IMG/VR virus record: IMGVR_UViG_3300020048_003360
Coordinates: 32,001-96,000 of that record
Strand: one strand, 5' to 3'
Source: a virus
Lineage: Duplodnaviria > Caudoviricetes
Length of the DNA: 64,000 nt
A program made the translations under genes and the position numbers. Of this stretch, positions 40,749 through 51,143 are shown piece after piece (positions within the stretch are counted from its first letter, which is position 1; every line of letters starts with the position of its first letter). A model generated the notes under the pieces. It saw only the letters and a list, made by a program, of their open reading frames with translations. It was not told where the DNA came from and did not search any database.

Positions 40749-41162
40749 TTAATTAGTAAATTTTTCTAGAATCATGTTGTTGATCGCAACTGATAACAAT
40801 GCCAAACGATACTTATTTTTAGCGTTTTTTAATTTGTTTTCAGCTTCCGCTAGTTGGCTATATAGCTCTGTATAAAAACCAGCAATATGGGACATAACTA
40901 CAGCCCCCAATTCCTCCTGATTAATCGTACTTAGCTTTTTAGCAGACTTAAGAGCCTTTTTAGCTTTCTTAACTTTCTTTTTTGCCATAATAAGATTAGA
41001 CTCAATTAAGAATGGCATATTTCGTATTGTCGTCATGTTACTATAGTGCCTGATATATTTATTCAATTTCTTATTACCAGTAGCAAACATAATGCTAGTG
41101 AACGCCTTATTATCGGCAGACACAATGCCTAAGGCAATTGACTTGCAGATTTCATCATACAT
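40749..41162 (-). CDS. Hypothetical helical protein, tandem paralog 2
   Basis: 137 aa; first 14 aa identical to 41192..41605. Confidence 0.75.
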   Translation of the reverse strand: MYDEICKSIALGIVSADNKAFTSIMFATGNKKLNKYIRHYSNMTTIRNMPFLIESNLIMAKKKVKKAKKALKSAKKLSTINQEELGAVVMSHIAGFYTELYSQLAEAENKLKNAKNKYRLALLSVAINNMILEKFTN

Positions 41163-41191
41163 TTTAAATCCTTTATGAAACTAATTAATCA

Positions 41192-41605
41192 TTAAATTTT
41201 TAAACCAGATGATAATTCATAAACCTGCATAGTTAGTTCCGCTAATTCATGTTTATCTCTTGCCTTTTTTAAACAGTTTTCAGCTGCAGTTAGTTGACCA
41301 TGTCTAGCTAAATAAGCACCTATAAGTTCAGTGGTGTTTTTAGTTTTTAACTCCTCATTGGTGAGTATGGGTTTTCTTTTAATAGATTCTAAATATTCCC
41401 TAGCACTGTTAAGTTCCTTTTTTGTTATATATGCGCTATCGACAACTAAAGCTAACAGATTTTGTTTTTTAGCCAAATCAGTATAGTGGTTAATATATTT
41501 AATTACTAATGTCTCATCGATAGTAGTAGTATCTATATGTGAGTCTTCATTACCAGTACCAATTACAATGCCTAACGCAATTGACTTGCAGATTTCATCA
41601 TACAT
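41192..41605 (-). CDS. Hypothetical helical protein, tandem paralog 1
   Basis: 137 aa; MYDEICKSIALGIV. Confidence 0.75.
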   Translation of the reverse strand: MYDEICKSIALGIVIGTGNEDSHIDTTTIDETLVIKYINHYTDLAKKQNLLALVVDSAYITKKELNSAREYLESIKRKPILTNEELKTKNTTELIGAYLARHGQLTAAENCLKKARDKHELAELTMQVYELSSGLKI

Positions 41606-41654
41606 TTTAAATCCTTTAACTATATTTTATGATCAAAAAACCTAAGGTATATTC

Positions 41655-41996
41655 ATGAATATAAATAGATTAATGAAAAACTCAGGTCCCTCTATCTATT
41701 ATGATGATTCTTTTAGAGTGGTCTTAGAAACATTTGTACCGTCACTTATAGTCAGTCAAGACACAACACAGATTAGTGTGAGTGAACAAGCTGCCTATAA
41801 GTACGAATCGGACTTTTTTGGTTTACTGAGTGAGTTTAATATTCCAGTACATCTACATTGGTTAGTGATGCGGATGAATAACTTAACATCACCATTCGAT
41901 AGTACTTTATTGTATAATCTATTGTTAGTGCCAGATGAAAATACAATAGACCATATAAGACAATCGTATATGTCCGGAAATAGAATTAACGGATAA
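41655..41996 (+). CDS. Conserved phiKZ-like small protein on the opposite strand
   Basis: 113 aa; AAGG RBS; HWLVMRMNNLTSP resembles baseplate LysM/gp53-type proteins (weak). Confidence 0.55.
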   Translation: MNINRLMKNSGPSIYYDDSFRVVLETFVPSLIVSQDTTQISVSEQAAYKYESDFFGLLSEFNIPVHLHWLVMRMNNLTSPFDSTLLYNLLLVPDENTIDHIRQSYMSGNRING

Positions 41997-42057
41997 TTCA
42001 CTACATGAGGGTATGAATCCTCATGTAGTGAATATGCCGTATTTTTATTATTTTATA

Positions 42058-43296
42058 TTAAAGACCGAATCTACCACTTGGTGGTGGATAATTCATTTGT
42101 TGCTGTGGATATTGAGGTTGCTGGAATTGTTGCTGGGGATACTGGGGTTGCTGTGGATACTGAGGTTGAGCCCAACTCGGAATTCTTTCCTGCATTACAT
42201 TAACTGGATTAAATGGATGATGTCCAGTATGTGCTAGAGCTGGAATAACTCGCTCTAAAGATGCAAAATCTAATCCATTTGGTCCCTTTTTAATACCAAC
42301 ATCTTGAGGCGCCATTTGCGGATACCCTTGATACCCCATTTGCTGTGGATACATTAACTGAGTTGGTAATACTGGCTGTGCTGGTACCACTGGCGTTGGT
42401 GCTATTACTGGAGTAGTTAAAGCACCAGCACCTTCATTACCAGCCTGCATTGGTATCATTCTAATCTCAGGTAACATCACCGCAAGATTATCAAATACCT
42501 CTACCCATTCGTCATTGATCATTAACTTTTCTGGATCATCAATGATGTTACTAAAAAGACTAATAATGTCATTTAATGGGGATGCGACACCAATGACAGC
42601 TTTCATTAGTGCATCTATAAAGGGAGCTACTGTTGAGTTGGTACCGCAGTTATAGGCCTCTGGAGTATTTATTGATGGAAAGATATACTCCATTAGGTTA
42701 GTTAGTGTTTCTCGATCCTTTACCCGCAGTTTTACACCATATACATCTTCACCTCTTTTTAGTTCAGTATAAAATGGAAAGTCAACGATACTGACTCTAT
42801 GATACTTCGTTTCGCCTACCGTACCACCTCTCTTGAGGAAGATATTTACAAATACTTTCTCCTGTTGGTCAGCAGACATCTTTACCAATAATTTCTTAAA
42901 AATATCTAATGTTTTATCATCAGCATTTTTAACCACGCTAAGAAATTCTAATTGATCTGGAGTTAATTTAGAATGTTCTTCAGGACTGGTTGCAATTATC
43001 AGTAACTCATGTGCTAATGTAGCTACTGTAAAATGTAACCTAGCATTAACAGCACTCCTATACTTCTCCAATACATTAGATACCTTTCTGAGCATATTTT
43101 CAGATAGAGGATGAAAGATAATCTGTTCATCAGGTTTAGGTTTAGCCAAGTGCTCCGGAGTTGGTAAGACTAAACGCTTACCGTCAATCATTGCTGGTTG
43201 GCTATTATTACCAAATTCAGATGAAACGAATCCATCTGACGAAACAGTTAAGTTAGCCACTGCTAACAATGCTGTATATAGATCTAACAGTTTCAT
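42058..43296 (-). CDS. Conserved protein (phiKZ gp70-like) with a P/Q/Y-rich tail
   Basis: 412 aa; follows the PicA-like gene. Confidence 0.65.
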   Translation of the reverse strand: MKLLDLYTALLAVANLTVSSDGFVSSEFGNNSQPAMIDGKRLVLPTPEHLAKPKPDEQIIFHPLSENMLRKVSNVLEKYRSAVNARLHFTVATLAHELLIIATSPEEHSKLTPDQLEFLSVVKNADDKTLDIFKKLLVKMSADQQEKVFVNIFLKRGGTVGETKYHRVSIVDFPFYTELKRGEDVYGVKLRVKDRETLTNLMEYIFPSINTPEAYNCGTNSTVAPFIDALMKAVIGVASPLNDIISLFSNIIDDPEKLMINDEWVEVFDNLAVMLPEIRMIPMQAGNEGAGALTTPVIAPTPVVPAQPVLPTQLMYPQQMGYQGYPQMAPQDVGIKKGPNGLDFASLERVIPALAHTGHHPFNPVNVMQERIPSWAQPQYPQQPQYPQQQFQQPQYPQQQMNYPPPSGRFGL

Positions 43297-43308
43297 TTTA
43301 TCTACTCT

Positions 43309-44802
43309 CTAAAGTGAACCAGGTATATACATACCTACCTGACCGTTACGATATAAATCTCCATTCTCTCGAGATTTCATTGTTGAACCAGTAACATTAT
43401 CAACCAAGTGTTCCGACAGTCGCTGAAAATCATCAGCAAGATTCAGAACTCGATTATTATCATTACTGATAACGGGCGTCATTAATGCATCACAGAAACT
43501 TGGTGTAACAAAGTCTATTGGTGCCTTACCATCTAGAGATAGACTCAACCACGTTTCTCCCAATAAATCCACATTCATCTCAATAGCAAATTCAATTGCA
43601 TTATTGAATGAAATGTCTTTCAATACCTCACTTTCAATTCTACTAACAAATGCAGCCAATGGTCTACTTAAGTCCCCATTACTAAATCCCTGGGCATCCA
43701 ATATTACTGTGCGTGCTGTACTATTAATATCTCTATTTGTAGATTTAAAGACAACTCGTGTTAAAGCTAGATCCATTAGTAAACCAGGTATAGTTTGACT
43801 AAGAATATTTGCCGTAGAGGTCATAATGTCTGACCCACCCCAGTCTGAAGTCTGTCCTGGTCTATGTACAGTAGCTAATGCTTGAGGACTTAATAACTGC
43901 GCTATTGTGACATTATCTATATTCGGATCTATTCTCCTAAGATCACCATACGTGAATGTGTTACCCACACCACTTTCCCCACGTATTTGCATAACTGCAC
44001 ATAAAAATGGATCTTCACTAGCACTATCTTCACTAGTTAAGCCCCTCGCACGATCTATGATATCGCCCTCACTATCACCAAATGGTCCTTGTACTACTGA
44101 TTTTGTATATCCGTTAAATATCTTAGATACAAATGAAGCTGCCGATGCATTTGATCTAAAGGATTTTACAGCTGTGTTATTCGCCATAGTTCTAGCGTCA
44201 ACAATACCCTCCTGTGGGATATCCCTCATCTGTACTCTAGACATCGCCGCGTAGATATCTACTGGTCTCATATGTTGATCGCGCATTGGACTATATACAT
44301 TCTGCCATGCATTATCAACAAGTACATGCGAACTGCCGGTTACAGCAGTCAATGTCTGATTACCCATCATACCGATGGATTGAGTGTGTCGCACTTCCAT
44401 AATGGAGTTTACAAAGAATAACATATTGGGATCAATACTCCCACTAATACCAACACCATTGTAATCTGTATAACCCAATACTACTTCAGTCATACCGCCA
44501 CCAGTAGTGTAGTTGTATTCAATTTCCATCATGAAACGCATACGTCGTTCTACCCAACCATTGGGTAAAAGTAATTCTTTTTCAGGAGTAGCTGCGGGCG
44601 ATACCAACTTGTTTGCTAAACCACCCATTAATGAGGGCTCGTAATGTCTAGTGTGTTGTAGTTTTTCAACCACAATGTTATACGTATTCATATCCACACA
44701 TGTGTCATATGGACGTCGATATTGGGTATTATATCCACCAGTTTCATGCAGTAGAAATTTACGAATCCTAATACCCCTACTATATCCACCTACGTTTTGC
44801 AT
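43309..44802 (-). CDS. picA: Nuclear import factor PicA/Imp1 (phiKZ gp69-like)
   Basis: 497 aa, immediately after the gp68-like gene; N-terminal ETGGYNTQYRRPY as I recall for the family. Confidence 0.7.
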   Translation of the reverse strand: MQNVGGYSRGIRIRKFLLHETGGYNTQYRRPYDTCVDMNTYNIVVEKLQHTRHYEPSLMGGLANKLVSPAATPEKELLLPNGWVERRMRFMMEIEYNYTTGGGMTEVVLGYTDYNGVGISGSIDPNMLFFVNSIMEVRHTQSIGMMGNQTLTAVTGSSHVLVDNAWQNVYSPMRDQHMRPVDIYAAMSRVQMRDIPQEGIVDARTMANNTAVKSFRSNASAASFVSKIFNGYTKSVVQGPFGDSEGDIIDRARGLTSEDSASEDPFLCAVMQIRGESGVGNTFTYGDLRRIDPNIDNVTIAQLLSPQALATVHRPGQTSDWGGSDIMTSTANILSQTIPGLLMDLALTRVVFKSTNRDINSTARTVILDAQGFSNGDLSRPLAAFVSRIESEVLKDISFNNAIEFAIEMNVDLLGETWLSLSLDGKAPIDFVTPSFCDALMTPVISNDNNRVLNLADDFQRLSEHLVDNVTGSTMKSRENGDLYRNGQVGMYIPGSL

Positions 44803-44817
44803 AATACTCTCCAGTAA

Positions 44818-46350
44818 TTACTTAAAAACTCGCTTTGCTATTTCTATTACTAAGTTGGCTAGTAATATTTTTGCATTGTGAGGCGTACTGTATCTACTAC
44901 TACCGCCATCTACTTTCTCTAACATATGTTTAGGTAAAGTGAGTATCCACTCATGCTCACTAAACATAGCGACAACTGACTCTATTGCCTCGACAGCAGG
45001 ATTAATTGTCTTTACTATTCTTTGCTTACCTACAGGTTTTCTAGAATATGGATAGAGAAAATCCAATTGTTCCATTTGCTCTTTAGATATTCTTGCACGT
45101 GAATCAGAACCACTTACCGATAACTCATCTATAGTTTCTTGATTAATAGCTGTTAGTAATGCAGCTAGTTCAAAAAATTCTCTATGCCACAATATTGCTT
45201 GAGCAACAGCTACTGCCGTTAGCACTTGTTTCTTATTTACATGTAACAATCCTTTTGGTGGAACCACTCTCTTTAATACCCACTGGGTAATTATAAGTTG
45301 TGGTTTCCAGAGTTGTTTATCCTCTAAAACCACTACTGCGTCTAAACACGTCTGTACTAACTTTAAGTCAATAGTGGGGCAAATTTCAAGGGCTAGTGTA
45401 AATGGATCTTTTAAATAAAACCCAATAATAGCTATATCGCCAGCAGCTATCTCTTGTTTGGTTTTATAACCTTCTAGCTTAGACAGATTGTTTTCACCCT
45501 CTGCAGCTTGTCCTACTATGGTCTTATCTTTAATTAGACCAATAAAGGATTTATCATGTCCCTTTACTCTTTGGTCCATGTAATTGTAAATGAAGGTCAC
45601 CAATGATGTTGTTGGATCAATTCCACGTACATCACCAATTGACAGTCTTCTTACAACTACTAAACCTAATACCCATATTGGAAAATCTTCAGTACTTATT
45701 CCTCCAAAAACAGCAGATGTTTTACTCTTATCTGCAGGTAGTGAATGCTCTACATATATCTTTAACCTCTCCATTGGTTCGGATCTGATTAAATTTGTAT
45801 GGGCCAATAAATGAAAAGCATAATATTCTTTAAATACGGTATTTTTTCTTCCAGTTCTAGCTATGAACTCACCCCAAATTGGTATCATTATCCTGAAAGA
45901 TACCGATAGAGCCACTAACCATTTGTAATCATCTTTTAGATACGTGCGTTCTCTAGTGCCTGGTGTTTCATAAGACACAGTAAATGCATCCCGTAACCCT
46001 ATTGGTAGATGGACGCCACTATGAAACCATAGCCAGTGATTTATATCCTCAATAGGCTGCAAACTAAACAACTCACCTACGAGTATATATAGTTTACCAG
46101 TAAGATCATTTACGTCCCATACGGTATCAAATAATGCCCTAATGCGTTTATATGTGTCAAATATAGTATCTTGAACAGATGGTTGTGAATATGCCCAGAA
46201 GCCATTTATCTCCTGAAAAATATCCATATCATTCTTAACTGACATCTTTTCAAAAAGCGCGATATTCCATTCAATAGTTTCCCCGTGATGCGCCATACTT
46301 GCCATGACTGGTGTACCATCATACTCGATTCGTTTTACAATAAGTTCCAT
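44818..46350 (-). CDS. nvRNAP promoter-specificity subunit (phiKZ gp68-like)
   Basis: 510 aa; size and synteny; own early promoter. Confidence 0.75.
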   Translation of the reverse strand: MELIVKRIEYDGTPVMASMAHHGETIEWNIALFEKMSVKNDMDIFQEINGFWAYSQPSVQDTIFDTYKRIRALFDTVWDVNDLTGKLYILVGELFSLQPIEDINHWLWFHSGVHLPIGLRDAFTVSYETPGTRERTYLKDDYKWLVALSVSFRIMIPIWGEFIARTGRKNTVFKEYYAFHLLAHTNLIRSEPMERLKIYVEHSLPADKSKTSAVFGGISTEDFPIWVLGLVVVRRLSIGDVRGIDPTTSLVTFIYNYMDQRVKGHDKSFIGLIKDKTIVGQAAEGENNLSKLEGYKTKQEIAAGDIAIIGFYLKDPFTLALEICPTIDLKLVQTCLDAVVVLEDKQLWKPQLIITQWVLKRVVPPKGLLHVNKKQVLTAVAVAQAILWHREFFELAALLTAINQETIDELSVSGSDSRARISKEQMEQLDFLYPYSRKPVGKQRIVKTINPAVEAIESVVAMFSEHEWILTLPKHMLEKVDGGSSRYSTPHNAKILLANLVIEIAKRVFK

Positions 46351-46382
46351 ACGATCTCCTAGTTAATACAGATGACATACTC

Positions 46383-46417
46383 TATATAGATAATATATTG
46401 CCATAAAGATTTAGAAT
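46383..46417 (-). promoter_or_regulatory. Early promoter
   Basis: 35-bp motif copy. Confidence 0.8.
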
Positions 46418-46498
46418 CTTGTATCGGTATGGGGAATTAAAACACTCCCTACCATTATTCCTTTCGAGAATAGTGGTAGAAAGTGTTTATGTGATCAA

Positions 46499-47143
46499 TT
46501 AAAACGGGATGTCTTCTGATGATGAGTTTTTACTTCCATAGTCATTCCTGACCGGCATGTCTTTCTTTGGAGGCTCTACCCAGTTATTAACGAGTAGTGT
46601 TTCCATAACTCCATAAAGAACTTTAACATACGCCTTAGCGTAATATTGAGATACTGCATCTTTACCAGCAGGACTACCATCGCCATTAAAGAAATGATGG
46701 AAGTCACTTTCACCAAAAGTAAATTTAATGATTGGTCTATTTTTAGATACTAAAGATACCCAAATTAAACCATCTTTATCCTTACCAAAATAAAGTGTAC
46801 TAATCAATACTGGTGTTTCTGATTTAACGCCTCGTGGAAAGATAAAGTTGTAGTTTTCAAGATATTCTTTTTTCTCACCTTGGTGATCAATTAGATTACC
46901 CAAACGATCTAAAAATGCCGTAAAGGTAGGCATATCTAAGTTAGCTACAATCTTACCATAATTATTCGATTCACCAGTATCATTTGGATCATTGGTCCAA
47001 ACAACTAAGCGTGGGTTATTGGCAACTAATTGCCAAGTAAAACTACTCCATTTTGTATTATCACCTGGGCAACGTGTAGATAGATGTAGTTTGCGATTGT
47101 CTAACGCATTTTTAACACGCTCGGGCGGGCGGAAGTCACTCAT
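46499..47143 (-). CDS. Conserved protein with SSB-like acidic tail (...SEDIPF); possible ssDNA-binding protein
   Basis: 214 aa; C-terminus resembles bacterial SSB DDDIPF. Confidence 0.5.
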   Translation of the reverse strand: MSDFRPPERVKNALDNRKLHLSTRCPGDNTKWSSFTWQLVANNPRLVVWTNDPNDTGESNNYGKIVANLDMPTFTAFLDRLGNLIDHQGEKKEYLENYNFIFPRGVKSETPVLISTLYFGKDKDGLIWVSLVSKNRPIIKFTFGESDFHHFFNGDGSPAGKDAVSQYYAKAYVKVLYGVMETLLVNNWVEPPKKDMPVRNDYGSKNSSSEDIPF

Positions 47144-47220
47144 GATTTTTTCCTAATTAAATTTAAAATTAATAAAGTTTCATTGTATCAAACTATATGG
47201 CTCTGCAATATTTTATTACT

Positions 47221-48060
47221 TTAAAGAATATCTAACATGATTTGTCGAGCATATGGATTCAATAAAGTTTCTAAACCATATCTCACTTTATCTCTAGTAG
47301 TCACAGAACTCCAGTTGTATTTCTTAGCTACCTCCAATATAGACATACGTAGTTTACGATCATGGGGTCTGAATAGAGTCTCATCACCAAAAACAGTCAA
47401 GAAACATTTCATAAAAGGAATTTGATTTAACTCACTACCATTATGTAATTTGGTATACCATTGACTTTTTCCTTTCACAAAACCCGTATGACTTTCTAAC
47501 AATGATAGTTTACTAAACTCATGTGCTGATAATAAATCAATAGCAAAATGCGTTAGTATTAAAGCACTGTTTGAGCCATTAGGGTTCTTTAGAAATAACT
47601 CAAATCCTTTTATATCTAGATCTGGATTCTTAAGAAGAAGTTTCATTACCTGTGCCTGTAGGGCGCTAAACTCCTTTTGCTTTTCAGTGTTATCCATACG
47701 CGCGACACTGCGTTTAAACTCCCGTTCAATACCATTATAGTTAGAGTAGTAAAACACTACTTTAACATTACCATTTCTAGATGTATTCTCTTCCACAAAT
47801 GTTCTAATAAACGACATCTCCTCAGCTAATGTAGCTGCTAACTCGATAATACTGACTTTACCCGCATTGTTTCTCTCTAATGAGCCCAACATATTTCGGA
47901 AAAGAGTACGGACGTTTACAAGCAACGAACTGTATTTTAAGATAGGCACTTCTGAGGATGGATGATCTGGATGGACACCATAGGCTCCCTCAATCGCAAG
48001 GCTTGTAGCGATAGACAACGGCAGCTGTCCAACTGCACGTTGTGATAAAAGATCTATCAT
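47221..48060 (-). CDS. Conserved phiKZ-like protein (possible 5'-nuclease/PIN-like fold)
   Basis: 279 aa; position next to SbcD; fold guess is weak. Confidence 0.45.
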   Translation of the reverse strand: MIDLLSQRAVGQLPLSIATSLAIEGAYGVHPDHPSSEVPILKYSSLLVNVRTLFRNMLGSLERNNAGKVSIIELAATLAEEMSFIRTFVEENTSRNGNVKVVFYYSNYNGIEREFKRSVARMDNTEKQKEFSALQAQVMKLLLKNPDLDIKGFELFLKNPNGSNSALILTHFAIDLLSAHEFSKLSLLESHTGFVKGKSQWYTKLHNGSELNQIPFMKCFLTVFGDETLFRPHDRKLRMSILEVAKKYNWSSVTTRDKVRYGLETLLNPYARQIMLDIL

Positions 48061-48101
48061 TTAAATTCCTTTAAATATTAAATTACAGACTCTCCAAGGG
48101 A

Positions 48102-49052
48102 TCACATATGCTTTCTAGCTAAATATGCTTTCCTAGCTGAAGACATATTAGCTCTAGCTTCAGCAGACCTAGGCTTACTCATTTTTGCGATAGCTTCAGG
48201 AGTATGTTTTCTACCAATAGTTGCTAAAGACATTTTTGCGATAGCTTCTGGAGAATGTTTTCTACCCATATGCACAGCACGCATACGTGCTTTAGCTTCT
48301 GGAGAGTTGTGATAAGCCTTCAGTTTAGCGATAGTTTCAGGAGAAAGTTTTTTACCAGTATTTGCTAACGATAATTTAGCTCTATGCTCAGGAGAAATTA
48401 TTTTACCCGTATTTACCTCACTCATACGTGCTCTATGTTCAGGAGTATTGCGATAAGCTTTCATTTTTGCGATAGTTTCGGGAGAACGTTTTTTACCAGT
48501 ATTTGCTAGTGATAGTTTTTCACGTGTTTCAGCAGACTTAGGTTTACCAGTGCGTGACTCGCTCATACGTGCCTTAGCTTCTGGAGTATTTTGATAAGCC
48601 TTCATACGCGCTTTAGCTTCTGGAGTATGTTTTCTACCAAGACTTGCTAAAGACATTTTTGCGATAGTTTCAGGAGTGCGTTTAATTCCCTGTTGCGAGT
48701 ATGCACTAGGAGCTAGATTATAAATAAAAGACTCACCGAAATACTCATCTAGTAAACTTTGTTCAACACTATGCGCTGTTTCTCTAGTGTCTACAGGCCT
48801 AACATAGTAGATTACAGTTGGGTCATTATTATAGTCCAATTGTAACGATTTGCTACGATGCATATTCCTAGAGAGGCAGTGCCTGTGGTCTTTAATTCTT
48901 TGTCTTAAATCATTAGTACTACCAATATAAAATTTACCAGTAGACACATGTTTGATCAGATAGCATCCAGGTCCATTTAGTAAGTGTCTATATTCTTTAT
49001 TACTCAATAGTGCAATTGGTACAAATCCAGTAATTATGTCATTATCTATCAT
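48102..49052 (-). mobile_element. Free-standing GIY-YIG homing endonuclease #2 with ~12 NUMOD3-type repeats
   Basis: GCY-x10-YIG, R/H, Glu (SVEQ), Asn (IYN); repeats such as RKHTPEAKARMS. Confidence 0.9.
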
Positions 49053-49088
49053 GGTCGTTATCCTTTATGAAATAATTTAAAGTAGTTC

Positions 49089-49123
49089 CATATAGATAAT
49101 ATATTGCCATAATTTCTTTGATT
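49089..49123 (-). promoter_or_regulatory. Early promoter for GIY-YIG #2
   Basis: 35-bp motif abutting the sbcD stop codon. Confidence 0.8.
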
Positions 49124-50241
49124 CAAGGCGATATGTCGTTTAGAATCTTTTCTGCTATCAAAACAACATTTGAATCTACATCAGAATGAAATACCCTATT
49201 CATTAATAGTCCTTTAAGATTCTCAGGAGTTATAGTTATAGGAATATAGTCTACATCACTACCTTCTTCTGTAATTTTATCTTCAACTACCTTATCCTTA
49301 ACTAATCTACTCCATATTAGTAACGGATAGCGTGAGACCAATACATTCATATTTGTAATTACTGGATTATCACCACTGCCAATAACACGTATATAAGATC
49401 CATTGGGTGGTGTGGTATTTAATATTGTATTATCTATTTTTTGTAATGACTCATCTACAGTTAAGTCTGTACAGTCTATAGATTTAAATATCTTAGCTTT
49501 CTTATTTTCAACTAATCTTGCAGTATAACCATCATTAGTTATTGTAGCGCGTACATGACCTTTTGGTTCTTCTTCACCGTGTGCAAGACGATCAAAAGAA
49601 CCTTGAGCTATGATTCTTTTGTATGTAGAAAAGGTATGGATATGTCCAATAAATATTAGTTCCCTTACTATAGCCAAATACTCATCTGGATCGTGTTTAT
49701 GCGATTTTACAATTTCTGGTAGCTGAAATGTAAATGCACCATGCATTATGGCATAATCCACATGAGTGAGTCCTTTTGCTTTTAATAATGCCTTTACGTC
49801 AGCTAAAGTACGCTCTGTAGTGGATTGCCACTCGTCTGGTATATACAGTACATGGATATCATATTTCTGTATATACTCAATAGATAGTTCCTTAACATAT
49901 ACTAAGTCTATTGGTGAGTTTATTATTTTAGCTATATTAACAAATTGTTCTGATTGTTTCCAATCATGGGATGGAGTGCCTTCTAGTACTCTTAGTAAGA
50001 TATCGTGTTTAGCACATAAATTTAATAAGTGCGTTATCCAAAAACCTATTTCTTTAACATCATCATTGGGTAGCGTTAATAATCTATCAAATATATCACC
50101 AGCTAAAAAAATAATATCTAACTCAGCAGTTTCGGCATTATCTGGAAATGCTAATTTTAAATTGGCAATAATATCTGTAGTTTTATTTTTAGAATTTCCT
50201 AGATGAAGGTCAGATATAACTGCCAAGTTAAGTTTACTCAT
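49123..50241 (-). CDS. sbcD: SbcD/Mre11-like metallophosphoesterase nuclease (phiKZ gp65-like)
   Basis: SDLHLG, AGDIFD, GTPSHD, MHG and GHIH motifs. Confidence 0.9.
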   Translation of the reverse strand: MSKLNLAVISDLHLGNSKNKTTDIIANLKLAFPDNAETAELDIIFLAGDIFDRLLTLPNDDVKEIGFWITHLLNLCAKHDILLRVLEGTPSHDWKQSEQFVNIAKIINSPIDLVYVKELSIEYIQKYDIHVLYIPDEWQSTTERTLADVKALLKAKGLTHVDYAIMHGAFTFQLPEIVKSHKHDPDEYLAIVRELIFIGHIHTFSTYKRIIAQGSFDRLAHGEEEPKGHVRATITNDGYTARLVENKKAKIFKSIDCTDLTVDESLQKIDNTILNTTPPNGSYIRVIGSGDNPVITNMNVLVSRYPLLIWSRLVKDKVVEDKITEEGSDVDYIPITITPENLKGLLMNRVFHSDVDSNVVLIAEKILNDISP

Positions 50242-50578
50242 GATTTATTGCCTTATGTTTATTGCGTTTTCTGTTTCTTTTTTCTTCAGCTTTTCTATAT
50301 ATTTCATCTGAATCGCCCTTATTTGATTTAAGAACTTTTTCTATTTGTTTATGTGCAGCTGTGCCAAAAACCATATTACGCATATGTTTTAATACAGGTC
50401 CATCAAAATGTCCATTAGGATCAACATTGTATTTTTGTCTACTATCTTCCATATTTACTACATCCTCTGTTTGTGTATCTACATCATCATCTAGATCCAC
50501 GTGTGTTCGTGTATCGTCCGTAGATTCAGAAAGTAAACCTTCCATTGCGCTGTAGAGTCTATTTTGAGCAGCTGACAC
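50234..50578 (-). CDS. Hypothetical protein
   Basis: 114 aa; GGAGGA RBS with GTG start; overlaps the sbcD start. Confidence 0.6.
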   Translation of the reverse strand: MSAAQNRLYSAMEGLLSESTDDTRTHVDLDDDVDTQTEDVVNMEDSRQKYNVDPNGHFDGPVLKHMRNMVFGTAAHKQIEKVLKSNKGDSDEIYRKAEEKRNRKRNKHKAINHE

Positions 50579-50592
50579 TTTATCATCCTCCT

Positions 50593-51138
50593 TTAAAAAC
50601 TTTCAAAATCATCTGGATTAGTTTTAGGTAGATTTACTTCTTCCTTCACTACATCCGAAACTATTTCTGGTCTACCATATCTTTTAAATACCATATTCCA
50701 AAAATCTAAATTCTTTGTGATATTTGCTGGCACTTTTAATATCGACGCACATTTATCTAATGCACCAGTTAAATATGCAGCACCTTGATTAGGATGAAAC
50801 CTATAATACTGTTGTGCTGTAGCTACTATGTGCGATACATTTAAACTCTTTTCTGGCGCACTATTAATAGTACTTCTATCGAATATTGGTGGCACTCTAA
50901 AAATAACTACACCATTTCTATCTATTACATCTACTGAACTATATGGACCACCAGCAAAATTCACCCACGTCTCTAATGTGGCACCATACTTATTTTCTTC
51001 ACCAGCAAATACTGGCATAAATACACCAGCAAAAATATGTTCTTGTAATTTAGGAATTGTTTCACTATCTAACGTTTCTAGATTACTATTAATTCTAGTT
51101 AATAATAGAGACGTTTCTTGTTCTTTTTGACTAGACAT
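50593..51138 (-). CDS. Conserved phiKZ-like hypothetical protein
   Basis: 181 aa in the operon. Confidence 0.65.
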   Translation of the reverse strand: MSSQKEQETSLLLTRINSNLETLDSETIPKLQEHIFAGVFMPVFAGEENKYGATLETWVNFAGGPYSSVDVIDRNGVVIFRVPPIFDRSTINSAPEKSLNVSHIVATAQQYYRFHPNQGAAYLTGALDKCASILKVPANITKNLDFWNMVFKRYGRPEIVSDVVKEEVNLPKTNPDDFESF

Positions 51139-51143
51139 TATTT

